Assembly: GCA_964016885.1 (NCBI GenBank)
Contig: OZ024749.1
Coordinates: forward strand, 11,532,001 to 11,596,000
Origin: Eledone cirrhosa
Lineage: Eukaryota
DNA: 64,000 nt
Direction of reading: 5' to 3'
In this document: positions 26,379-38,229 of the stretch, piece by piece
How positions within the stretch are numbered: the stretch's first letter is position 1
Layout of the letters: each line of letters begins with the position of its first letter
Translations under genes and position numbers: made by a program
Notes under the pieces: generated by a model
Databases searched by the model: none
Told to the model about the DNA's origin: nothing
The model's input: only the letters and a program-made list of their open reading frames with translations

Positions 26379-26623
26379 AACCAAACTTAAAGCTACGGTT
26401 ACGAGTAAGGTTGGTGAATTCTGCTGGTATTGATGAACCTGGAATAGACGGAGGAGGTTTGTCCCGAGAGTTTTTGTCAGAATTACTGAAAACGGGCTTT
26501 GATCCGAATCGTGGATTCTTCAAATACACCAATGACAAGCTTCTCTACCCAAATCCACAAGCACCAGCTATTCTTGAAAATTACTTGAACCATTATTATT
26601 TTCTTGGCAGAATGTTAGGAAAG
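26379..26623 (+). CDS. UBE3C: UBE3C-like coding exon 8 (HECT N-lobe)
   Basis: ttccccag| ... |gtaagg; EPNLKLRLRVRLVNSAGIDEPGIDGGGLSREFLSELLKTGFDPNRGFFK...LLYPNP...HYYFLGRMLGK. Confidence 0.97.
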
Positions 26624-26774
26624 GTAAGGAAGTTTTGTCTGCTTTTTAGAATAAATGATGAACCACAACGATATAGTGACTGCTCACACACATCACTGTC
26701 ATTTTACATCTGTTTCCCTTGATAATAATATATATAAACCTGTTTTAGCCGGGAAAGCAAACATTAAATGATAT

Positions 26775-27117
26775 CATCATCATTTTCATTTCATTTTACG
26801 TCCGCTTTTCCCTGCTTGCAAGGGTGGGACGGGAACTGATTCTGGCTTGATTTCTACAGCTGGATGCCCTTCCTAACACCAACCTCATTTACAGTGAGTG
26901 CTGGGTGCTTTTTTTCCGTGGCGCCTCCACGACCACTTTGCAGTGGAATGATAGGGACCCCAGTCCCTATCATCTCATTTCTACAGCTGAGTAAACTGGA
27001 GCAATTTGAAATAAAGTGTCTTGCTCAAGGAAACAACACATCACCTGGTCTGAGAATTGAACTCACAACCTTTCGATTGCAAGGCCAATGCTCTAACCAC
27101 TAAGCCATGTGCCTCCA
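26775..27117 (-). mobile_element. SINE family A copy
   Basis: Full-length reverse-complement match to 51961-52300. Confidence 0.85.
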
Positions 27118-27159
27118 TATATATATAGTCATATTGTATGTATGAGTATATATATATAT

Positions 27160-27346
27160 AATTGTTTCTACGTTAGGCACAAGGCCAGCAATTACCCAGT
27201 GCATTACTGGTACTTTATTTTATCGACCCCGTAAGGATGAAAGGCAAAGTTAACCTCGGCGGGATTTGAACTCAGAATGGCAAGGGCCGTAACTCTATAC
27301 GTCAAAGCATGGCAACCCTCTACCAATACTGCCAATCCACCGCCCT
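27160..27346 (-). mobile_element. SINE family B copy
   Basis: Nearly exact reverse complement of 31207-31395. Confidence 0.8.
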
Positions 27347-27409
27347 ATATATATATAGTATATATATATATATAATATATACATGTATGTCTACATAAAT
27401 GTATGTATA

Positions 27410-28085
27410 TCATCATTATCACCACTGTTTAATGTCCATTTTCCCATGTTAGCTTGGGTTAGACTAGTTGTCCCATTTGAGGCATGTTGGATCAGTTGAC
27501 CGTGTCCTTGCTCTCACACAACTGTTTCAGACTTGGTTTCTACGGCTGGATGCCCTTCCTAATGCCAACCACATTTACAGTCTGTGCTGGGTGCTCTTTG
27601 CCATGATACCTACATGACCACCTTACAGTGTGGGCTGGAGGCTTCACTGGATGTATGCTACAGCCTGTCCTCATGGGATATGTATGGGAGGATAGAGTGG
27701 GGTTGGTGCATACTATATATGTAAGCTTTAGCTTCAACCTGTGCCCATGGGAAGGCAGGTTTTCTGTATTACTGCATAACACCAAAGACCCAGGTCCTGT
27801 GTCATTGTCTTTGAGAGATGCAATTGAGCAAGGTCCGCTTTTATCACCTCATCCCAAGTCTTCCTGGCTCTCCCCACTCGACGGCTTCCATCGACTTTGA
27901 ATGCTCTGAACCTTTTTATACAGCTGTCTAACCCATGTGGAAAATGGATGTAAAATGGTGATGATAGTGATGTCATCCTTCATATGCATCATATGTCCAT
28001 ACCAACGCAGTCTCCTCTCTTGCATACTGCATTTGATTCCCCTTCTGCCTAGTTTGTCTCTCAGTTTCTTTATGTTTTGCTGTTC
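27410..28085 (-). mobile_element. RTE LINE 3' fragment with long 3' UTR
   Basis: DSCIKRFRAFKVDGSRRVGRARKTWDEVIKADL on the minus strand; homologous to 29600-30200 and 32650-33210. Confidence 0.75.
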
Positions 28086-28669
28086 AGTTCACATAAATTA
28101 CTATTACATCAATTACTATTACACATCAAACAGATATAATGATTACATATAATGATTGGAGAACTGCAAGGCTGTGCCAAGCTAATTTTTTTATGTCACG
28201 TTATTAAAATAAGTTGGATTACTTTGAATAAATCATGAATGAATATTATGTAATTTATCTACTAAATTTCTTAGTTCTTGATTAAACATAAATAATCTTA
28301 TATATATAATGTATTGCTTATTTCAAGATTCACTTCTTTTAAAAGTTTCAAATATCAACTTCCGTTAGCGTCCGTTATATCATAACGTTTATATTTCTGT
28401 CCCTAATTTCATTTTGTCCTTTTTCGTTTTCATAACATTTTGCCATTTATATATAATATTATCTTTTTTACAGAAGAGAGTGTAACACAGTTTTGTTCAA
28501 TTTCTGTGCAATTGTCAATTTATTTTTCAATTTACTTATATCTATATGCATATATATTTGCATAAGATTTCAATATGCACACTACATATGCTATCAGAAA
28601 ACTGCCCTGCAGGCAGTTTTCTGCTAGTATATATATATTCATTTATGTGTATATAAATAAATGTATCAG

Positions 28670-30198
28670 GCATTTTTCGATCTGGAAAAAGCCTTCAAAA
28701 GAGTGCCCCGTGCTATAATCTGGTGGGCTATAAGAAAACTAGGAGTAGATGAATGGCTTGTGAAGGCTGTACAAACCATGTATAGGGCAACAATCAGCAA
28801 ATTTAGGGTTAACAATGACTATAGCAAGGAATTTAGCATACAGATCGGTGTCCACCAGGGCTCTGTTCTTAGCCCTATCCTGTTTATTATTGTATTACAG
28901 GTTACAACAGAGGAGTTTAAGACCAGATGCAAATGGGAACTTCTGTACGCAGATAGCTGAATCTATGGTAGAACTAGAGAAAAAATTCCAAACATGGAAG
29001 CAGAGCCTAGAAAGAAGGGGTCTTAAAGTCAACCTGACAAAGACTAAGGCCCTAGTAAGTAGAAGAGAAAACAGAACCCAGATCCCATCAGAGAAATGGT
29101 CTTGCTCAGTATGTAGGAAAGGAGAAGGTAGAAATTCCACCCTCTGCCCCAAATGGAAACTATGGGAACACAAGAGATGTAGTGGGATCTTAGGTGGTTT
29201 AGCTAAGAATGTACGCTTTATATGTAGCAGCTGCGCTGGGACAGCAAGCAGGAAACGACCAAGGAAACAAGCACTACCAAATTCTGGGAGAGCTCTGTAG
29301 AAACAGTAGACAACCTCTCCTACCTAGGTGACTGAATTAGCAGCAGAGGTGGGTGTTCAGAAAGTAGAATAACTAGGGTAAGATCAGAATGGAAGAATTT
29401 TAGGGAGCTACTGCCACTGCTAGCTGCAAAAGGCTTTTCCCTCAAAATGAAAGGCAGACTGTATGATGTGTGCATACTAACAGCAATGTTACATGGTAGT
29501 GAGACTTGGGCGCTATGTGTAGAAGACTAGCGTAGATTAGAGAGAAACGAAGCTTGCATGCTCCAATGGATGTGTAATAGTAATATACGAGAACGGCAAA
29601 GCATAAACAAATTGAGAGAGAGACTGAGCATAAGAGGAATCAAATGCTGTGTGTAGGAGAGGAGGTTGCATTGGTATGGACATGTGATGCATATGAAGGA
29701 TGACAGCTGTATAAAAAGGTGCAGAACACTAGAAGTCGATGAAAGCTGTGGAGTGGAGAGACCCAAGAAGACCTGGGATGAGGTGATAAAAGCTGATCTT
29801 GCCCAATTTGCACCTCTCAAAGGCGATGACACAGGACTGAGACCTCTGGCGTTACACAGTAATACAGAAGACCCAGCTTCCCACAGGTACAAACCGAAGC
29901 TGAAGCATATAGACAATATGCCCCCACCTCCTCCCACTGTAAAGTGGTTGTGGAGGTTTCATGACAAAACGCACCCAGTCCACACTGTGACGTGGTCGTG
30001 TAGGTGCCATGGTAAAAAAGCACCCAGTACTCACTGTAAATGTGGTTGGTGTTAGGAAGGGCATCCAGCTGTAGAAATCAAGCCAAAATCAGTTCTGTAT
30101 GAGCAAGACATGGTCACCTGACCTGGCATTGCCCATAACAGGACAACCTGTTTAACCCATGCTAGCCTGGAAGAATGGACGTAAAATGGTGATGATGA
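28670..30198 (+). mobile_element. 5'-truncated RTE LINE with long 3' UTR
   Basis: [65 protein letters not shown]; ends in (tga)n. Confidence 0.9.
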
Positions 30199-30226
30199 TA
30201 TATATATACATATATGTATATGTGTG

Positions 30227-30288
<62 letters not shown>

Positions 30289-30806
30289 AATATGAAAATA
30301 ATAGGCTGCCCGTTGCAAATGGTGGGGCATGTGAAAAAGTAGGTCCTTCATCAGTGACCCTCCAACCGTCCCAGGCATTTCATCGCTTTAAGGGCCATAT
30401 GCCTCAGGTTGGTGCGAACAACGGCTAAAAAAAGTCGTTGGGACACGTAAACAAAGGGGACGCCAGGGTAACAAACAAAAAAGTTTAAGCAACGGAAAGT
30501 GAGAAGAAATAGACAAGTCCCAGATCTCTATGAATATAAACTCTGTGAAATCGTGAACAAGAGACAAAAGACCATCAAACCTGGTTGAAATGTGAGCAAG
30601 GAAAGAATTTCGCCCAAGTTTGACGGGGGCAAACATCACAAGCGCTCTATCTCAAAATTATTTTTGAAAAGCATTAGAAATGCACAACCGGAAAAAACTT
30701 AAAACCAAAACTGAATACTAACCAATACTTATTACTAATTTTTACTTATTCCTAATTAAACTATTTTTCACTGGGAACAATTTGTCAGCATTTTCTTTTC
30801 CTTTTA

Positions 30807-30846
<40 letters not shown>

Positions 30847-31206
30847 TAAATATAAGAGAGTGTTGTAGTTTGCTTGAAGCATTGTGCGTTAAATATAAGA
30901 ATGAATGTATGAAGGCTACGGCAATGTGAAAGGTATGGTATGATTTAAGATAAAAGAAAGTAACAAAGCAGCTCTGTGTTACCTGTTCTTTATTCTAACA
31001 TGACCTTAATTTTCGAGATAAAATCTCATCAGAGAAAATGTTTTAGCTTGTATATGACAACAGTTCTTACTGTTTATGCTGTTACTAGCCTGAAGTGGTA
31101 GTAGGAGGTGTGAGAAGTGTTTGTATGTAAGTGTGTGTGTGCATTTTGCCTGTTTTGAATTTAATATTGTATTTATTAATTTACTTATATTATTTTATAT
31201 ATACAT

Positions 31207-31395
31207 TGTGGATTGGCAGTATTGGTAGAGGGTCGGACGCCATGCTTTGACGTATAGAGTTACGGCCCTTGCCATTCTGAGTTCAAATCCCGCCAAGGTT
31301 AACTTTGCCTTTTATCCTTATGGGGTCGATAAAATAAAGTACCAGTAATGCACTGGGTAATTGCTGGCCTTGTGCCTAACGTAGAAACAATTATT
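31207..31395 (+). mobile_element. SINE family B copy
   Basis: Same sequence as other B copies; another follows at 31915-32095. Confidence 0.8.
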
Positions 31396-31419
31396 TTATA
31401 TATACATTATTATTATTAT

Positions 31420-31892
31420 TACAGTTGCATTTATCTTGCTTTATGTTTATACGAGTTATCACCAAGTCACAACCAGTGACCTCAAGAGACAACAAGGTCC
31501 GCCATGTTCAAGAAAGAAGATACATACACACACATGCATCTTTAGGTGTTTAGACTTGTGATGTACTTATATTGACAGAATCTTCCTTAGTATATGGGCA
31601 GTTCCCATTAGTACTATCTTTTGTATTTCTCCTATACGCGGGTTTCCTGGGATTTGCGATAAGTAATCATTAGACCCCTTAGGTATCATTCCTAGAGCGC
31701 CTACAACCACTGGTATTGTTTTAGTTCTCAATTTCCACATTTTTCCAATTTCTATCTCCAGGTCCTTATACTTGCTCAATTTTTCAAATGTTTTTATAGA
31801 TACATTCTTGTCTATTGGAACGGACATATCAATTAGCAGGCATACCCTCTCTTTAAAGACCTTCAGAATTATATCAGGTCTATTTGCATCTA
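31420..31892 (-). mobile_element. R4/Dong-type non-LTR retrotransposon 3' fragment (restriction-like endonuclease)
   Basis: Minus strand reads DANRPDIILK...LLIDMSVPIDKNVSIKTFEKLSKYKDLEIEI...PVVVGALG...QKIVLMGTAHILRKIL*, a PD-..D..P...K..KY RLE signature; flanked by (TAA)n. Confidence 0.85.
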
Positions 31893-32601
31893 TTTTTTTT
31901 AATTATTATTATTTATTGGTAGAGGGTCGGACGCCATGCTTTCCAGCATAGTTACGTTCCTTTACGATCTGAGTTCAAATCCCGCCGAGGTTGACTTTGC
32001 CTTTCATCCTTACGGGGTCGATAAAATAAAGTACCAGTAATGCACTGGGTAATTGCTGGCCTTGTGCCTAAAGTAGAAACAATTATTATTATTATTATTA
32101 CTACTATTTAATATATGTGTCCGTCACAAAGAATGTGTATACATATACAAATGCAGGTGTAAATGTATGATGGGTATTGCGTTGATATGCAATGGGTATG
32201 TGTTATAGCTCATACATACATACATACACACAAGCACACCTACATGAGTAAAGGAACAATGTATGTGCATACCTGCACACATGCTATGAGGCACCAGACT
32301 TTTTCCCGCAAGTCACACAAAATTGTATGTTTTGTAGCTTAATTGCTATGAATTAATGTTTTGTCTCATCTCTTACTCCACTGGACAGCATTTGGCCTAT
32401 ATCAGACACTGTGACCCTGGATGGACCAGCACTGCCGTTGGTAGGGGTCGAAACTGCCCAAATCCATCTCAATGGCCGATGACCCTGGAGTTCTGTGTCG
32501 TTCATTTGTATTTTGATTTCTTAAAAATAATTTCTTAAGGTTTCCCCTTACAAAAATGTTTTTGTTTGTTGTGTTTGTTATTTTTCTTATATATATAAGT
32601 G

Positions 32602-32634
<33 letters not shown>

Positions 32635-33273
32635 ATATATAAGTGTATATATCATCATCATCATCGTTTAACGTCCATCTTCCACGCTAGCATGGGCTTG
32701 GACGGTAATTTTCCCACTTGAGGCAAGATTGGTTGTCTTGCTCGTATAGGACTGTCTGGCGGGTTTTCTACGGCTGGATGCCCTTCCTAACACCAACCAC
32801 GTTTACAGTGTGGACTGGGAGGTTTTTACCGTGTTACCTACACGGCCACATTACAGCGTGGACTGTGTGGTTTTTTTACGTGACACCTACACGACCTCAT
32901 TTGTTTAGGACTGGATGTTGTGGTACCAACATAACTTTACATTGAAAGAGGGTGGTGTGGATGGGATGGGGGTGGTGGGACGGGGGTGTATTTTTGTTAG
33001 AGGTGCCTACTGACTGTAGGTTTCACTTTACACTTAGGCAAGGTGGGTCTTCTCTATTACTGTGTAGCGCCAAAGATCTCGGTCCAGTGACATTGTCTTC
33101 GAGAGGTGTAAGTGTGTGAGGTTGGAATTTATCAAGTCGTCCCAGGTTTTTCTGGGTCTCCCTACTCCGTGGCTACCGTCTATTTTTAGCGCCCTGCACT
33201 TTTTTATACAATATGATATATATATATATATATGTAATATATAAGATCAAAAGATGGTTAAAAGAGTTCCATG

Positions 33274-33344
33274 TATTTTATTATGCGCATTTCAAAAACA
33301 AATATCATCATGCAATAACATTTGTGTTTTCATCAGATAAAATA
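33274..33344 (-). ncRNA. Type I minimal hammerhead ribozyme (inverted pLTR copy)
   Basis: Reverse complement of 34925-34995. Confidence 0.85.
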
Positions 33345-34788
33345 GGAAGACATGATATGAAGGTTAAAAACACTTGTGAATAGTGCAGTTTTAAATCAAC
33401 ATATGAAAAGTAGTTTTAGATTGATGTGTGATATTGGGAAAACATTTTGAGGGGGGGGGGGGGTGAAAAAGAGGAGGAGATGAGAGTAAAATGTGGAGGG
33501 GGAGGAGTATAATGAGGAAGGATGAGATAGGAGGAGAGATGGGTGATAGAGAGAGAGAGATAGCTTTTATAACTGAGAAAAATATATTGTTTTACATAGA
33601 GAGGTTGAAAAACCGTTGGAAGATAATATATAAATTAAAAGAATTTGAAAATTAACGAAGAGAAAAATAATGTTAAGTTAAGGTGCATATGAGTTCTGAG
33701 AGTGCCGTGTTGGTTCTTAGAACTCATATGGTCCTTGAAAGACAAAAATATTAAATATAACATCTCTTGGAAAAAGGTTTCTTCTGCTTCTCCATACTTG
33801 AACAGTTCTCTATCCAAGACTTGCAATCTCTGTTTAAATGAAAAATTTACCATTATATCTAATTTAGATTCTATAATAAATAGACGCACTGACTTGTTTT
33901 CTCTCTGCTTGCATAAATTTCACAGAACATTCCATAAAGTATACAGCTAATATCTAATACTTTATCAATTTAAAATCCTTTTCTCAAAGGCACATATATA
34001 TATACTTCTTTAAAAATACACCCATCTTTCTACCTTATTTCAAAGTTATTTATTATACATTATATAATACTAGTTACTCATTCTATATCACTCCTATTTA
34101 TCACTTCCCTTTCTTCCTTTTCCTTTTCTTTTCTTTTAATTTCTAACCCCTAATCTGTACCTTTTCTCATTGTGCCTAACATAGAAACAATTATTACACA
34201 GTACAATATATTCTTACTTTATATCACCTTGAAAAAAATCCTTTGTAAACATAAACATTTTTTTGACGTTAGATTATTCATCCTCAATTCATTATTTTTT
34301 TCTCCCTTTTCATGCTCATCTAACTTATTCATCCTATCTTCTACTTTTTTCACAATATATCCTTACTTACATTACTATTGCTTTTTTAATAATACATATC
34401 AACATTTTCTTTCCATCGCACATATTATTAAACCCTTAAATATTATTCTTAATACATATTAACATTTTCTTTCCATCGCACATATTATTAAACCCTTAAA
34501 TATTATTCTTAATACATATTAACAATTTCTTTTCATCGCACATATTATTAAACCCTTCAATATACAAACCTTAACTTAACATTATTTTTCTCTTCGTTAA
34601 TTTTCAAATTCTTTTAATTTATATATTATCTTCCAACGGTTTTTCAACCTCTCTATGTAAAACAATATATTTTTCTCAGTTATAAAAGCTATCTCTCTCT
34701 CTCTATCACCCATCTCTCCTCCTATCTCATCCTTCCTCATTATAACCCTCCCCCTTCACCTTTTACTCTCATCTCCTCCTCTTTTTCA

Positions 34789-34819
<31 letters not shown>

Positions 34820-34924
34820 AAAATGTTTTCCCAATATCACACATCAATCTAAAACTACTTTTCATATGTTGATTTAAAACTGCACTATTCACAAGTGTTT
34901 ATTAACCTTCATATCATGTCTTCC

Positions 34925-34995
34925 TATTTTATCTGATGAAAACACAAATGTTATTGCATGATGATATTTGTTTTTGAAATGCGCATAATAAAATA
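34925..34995 (+). ncRNA. Type I minimal hammerhead ribozyme
   Basis: UAUUUUAU-CUGAUGA-AAACACAAAUGUUAUU(GCAU)GAUGAUAUUUGUUUUU-GAA-AUGCGCAU-A-AUAAAAUA: 8-bp stem I, long stem II, palindromic stem III. Confidence 0.88.
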
Positions 34996-35154
34996 CATGG
35001 AACTCTTTTAACCATCTTTTGATCTTATATATTATGTATACTCCAGTCCTACAAACTGTAGAGTGCTTCTTATCCGATATCTGCATTGCTTTATTGTACT
35101 ACAATAAAACTCACCTCCTACATTATATATATATGTATATATATAAGTGTGTGT

Positions 35155-35186
<32 letters not shown>

Positions 35187-35797
35187 GTGTATATGTATGT
35201 TTATACAGTCATCACCATTTAACATCCATTTTCCCTGCTTATATGGGTTAGAAGGGGTGCCATGTTGTGAGACTAGAGAGGTGAAATGACCACACATCAC
35301 TCATACATTCTATGGTTTCCATGGCTGGATGCCCTTCCTAATATCAGCCACTTCAAAGCATGTACCAGGTTATAGTAATACCACCACACAAAAAGTTTCC
35401 TTACACTTTCTCTCTACCAGATTCATTCTCACATCATCAATCAACCTACCCAAGCTTTTATACAAAAAGATTGGACTCAGCACCTTTATATATCTTCTTG
35501 GTAATGCATGGGATAACATGTGATGCATTCAGGCCTTAGGTAGAGGGGCCTGTTCTAAAAATATATTGCAGTCTTCATCCAACACTGCAAGAACTAGTGA
35601 TGAGGCTATGACCTGTCCTGTGAGGTGTGGTATGGAAGCACAAAGGTTACCTATTCCAAGAAGACCCCAGAGAGGGTCCGAAAGGGTGCAAACCTTGACT
35701 GTTATATATTATTTTTAAATTTAAGTTTTGTTTCCACCATATTATTTTTAACTGCAATATTTTATTAATCTCATATAAATACCATTATTTCTTCCAG

Positions 35798-35922
35798 GCT
35801 CTGTATGAAAATCTCTTAGTAGAGCTACCATTTGCCCAATTTTTTCTCTCAAAAATTCTGAAACGCCATGGAGTCGATCTTGATATTCATCACTTAGCTT
35901 CACTTGATCCAGAAATGTATAG
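35798..35922 (+). CDS. UBE3C: UBE3C-like coding exon 9
   Basis: cttccag| ... |gtaaat; ALYENLLVELPFAQFFLSKILKRHGVDLDIHHLASLDPEMYR. Confidence 0.96.
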
Positions 35923-36197
35923 GTAAATATATATTTTGTCATCATAGATTGTTTTATTCTTAGCTTCACTTGATCCAAAAATGTGTAGGTAAATATATAT
36001 TTTGTCATCATAGATTGTTTTATTCTAGCCTCACTTGATCCAGAAATGTGTAGGTAAATATATTTTTTGTCATCGTAGATTGTTTATTCTTAGCCTCACT
36101 TGATCCAGAAATGTGAAGGTAAATATATTTTTTGTCATCGTAGATTGTTTTATTCTTAGCCTCGCTTGATCAGAAATGTGTAGGTAAATATATTTTT
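35894..36197. repeat. 65-66-bp tandem duplication spanning the exon 9/intron junction
   Basis: ttagcttcacttgatccagaaatgtrtag|gtaaatatat... repeated; GT donors at 35923, 35989, 36054, 36119, 36184. Confidence 0.95.
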
Positions 36198-36442
36198 TCT
36201 TGTACCACATTCTTTTATTCTGAGATGGGAAGGAAGGGATACAGCACCATTAACAAAGGATGTATTTTGTGTTCTAAAATTTTAATTAAAATATTATGGA
36301 ACATTTTTACATATTGTAGGACTTATGTGACAGACGGACAAAAGGGTTGTGCAGTTATTATAATATTCTGGATGAATATCACCATCAAGATTCACTTCTA
36401 ATGAAATCCTATAGTATTTTTTCTTTCTATTTTTCTCTACAG

Positions 36443-36533
36443 GAACTTACTGTTTTTGAAGACTTGCAAGGAAGATGTACTTGATCTAGGTTTGGATTTC
36501 ACTGTTGTTTCTAATGAACTAGGAGTTACAAAG
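36443..36533 (+). CDS. UBE3C: UBE3C-like coding exon 10
   Basis: ctctacag| ... |gtaatt; NLLFLKTCKEDVLDLGLDFTVVSNELGVTK. Confidence 0.95.
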
Positions 36534-37519
36534 GTAATTTCTTTCTTGTTTTTAACCCTTTTCATAGAAAATCTTCTAAAAGCAACATTGGTTCTACAGT
36601 GTAAAACTACATTTTAAAGTATTTATATCTAAAAACACCAACTTAAAAATGAGAAAGTTAGTTACGTCACTAAATCCCTCCAAATTCTCGATAATTTGAA
36701 AACCATATGCAATATCTTAAATTAGAAATATGTTAACGAAAGAGTTTATGGCGTGTTTATATTTATCTAAAAACCTTCCATCATAATTTTATATAAGAAC
36801 ATTTAATAATGAAAAAGTTATATTACTAAATCCCTCCAAATTCTTGATTATTTAAAAAATTACTTGAAAATCATAGGCAGTCTTTGATGATGATCATCAT
36901 TATTGTTTAATATCTGCTTTCAAAGGTTGTATGGGTCATCAACAACTGTGTCAGTACTGAAGCAAAGTTGCTGACCCCACAGATGGGCCAGTAGCCTGCA
37001 TCGCACTTACATATCTTCCTGCACGCTACCAAATGCTCAGTCAGGCTGGCGGCCTGCAACTCATTTTATTGTGACACCAACACCAGTGGAGGTTGTCATG
37101 TCTTTGACACAGCTGAAGGGTCCAATAAACCCTTGACACAATTAAGGAATCCTCTCGACCCTTTGTTTGGCATGGTTTCTATAGCTGTATGCCCTTCCTA
37201 TCACCAACCACTCTGTGGAAACAGCCTTAATCCTTTTGATTCCAAACCACTAAAAACTATTTCTTGTTCTACAATAGTAAGCTGTTCATTTTAAAGTGTT
37301 TATATTTATCTAAAAACTCTCCTTCATAATTTTATGTAAGACAATCTGTTATAAACACCAGATAAATGATAAGAAAGTTACGAAATCCCTCCAAATTCTA
37401 GAGTATTTCCAAAATGATTTAAAAATCAGAGGCAGTCTCAATCATGAGAAATATAGTAACGAGATATATTTTGTTTAATTTTGTTTTCTTTCTTAATGAG
37501 TTTTTTGTATTTTGTTTAG

Positions 37520-37618
37520 ATTGAGGAACTGAAACCTGGTGGCAAAGATATTCAGGTATCAAATCATAATCGGATTGAGTATATCCATTTAATGGCAGAT
37601 TATAAATTAAATAAGCAG
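37520..37618 (+). CDS. UBE3C: UBE3C-like coding exon 11
   Basis: tgtttag| ... |gtttgt; [33 protein letters not shown]. Confidence 0.96.
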
Positions 37619-37691
37619 GTTTGTAGATTTTATTTATGTACTGCATGAAACTGCATTATTGGGGCTGTCATGAAACACACACACACACAAT

Positions 37692-37945
37692 AGAGGGTGT
37701 AGAGACATACAGATATATATAAGAGAGGGGGTAGAGAGACAGATATATATAAAAGAGGGGGATAGAGACACAGATATATATAAAAGAGGGGGATAGAGAC
37801 ACAGATATATATAAGAGAGGGGGTAGAGACATACAGATATATATATAAGAAAGGGGGGTAGAGAGACAGATATATAAGAGAGGGGGGGGGGGGGGGGTAG
37901 AGAGACAGATATATGAAAGAGGGGGTAGAGATAGATATGAGAGAG
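37692..37945. repeat. Purine-rich degenerate minisatellite of about 30 bp
   Basis: agagacagatatatataagagagggggt-like units. Confidence 0.85.
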
Positions 37946-38229
37946 TGGGGGGTCAAGACAGATTGTCAACACCTAGGAAAGCATGTGGTCCACAAAATTT
38001 ACCATGGATGTTATGCAACCATTGTGGTCTACTGTTTTTTGTCTTTGCCCTTAAAATCTCGCCAGTAATTGTTTCCTGCCCCCTCCTGGGTCTGGCCTTG
38101 TTGTGGCAAGGGGACTTGCCTGTTCTGTAGAGTGAGTTTTTGGCATTACCTTCGGGAATTACCACTTTACCGACCTGGAGTACGCAGATGACCCCCCCCC
38201 CCCCCCCCTCCCCATTCAGCAACTCCATC

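Larger units (their letters stand above)
33232..35122 (+). mobile_element. 5'-truncated Penelope-like element: inverted pLTR + GIY-YIG C-terminal fragment + pLTR + tail
   Basis: About 450-bp inverted arms (33232-33684 and 34568-35034); ORF 33702..33950 ELIWSLKDKNIKYNISWK...PY...CNLCLNEK..I....INRRTDLFSLCLH resembles the Cys-rich GIY-YIG C-terminus of Neptune-type PLEs; hammerheads in both arms. Confidence 0.85.

Noticed and set aside
30340-30405. CUGAUGA on the minus strand as a possible hammerhead
   Set aside because: No GAAA in the correct position with supporting helices.
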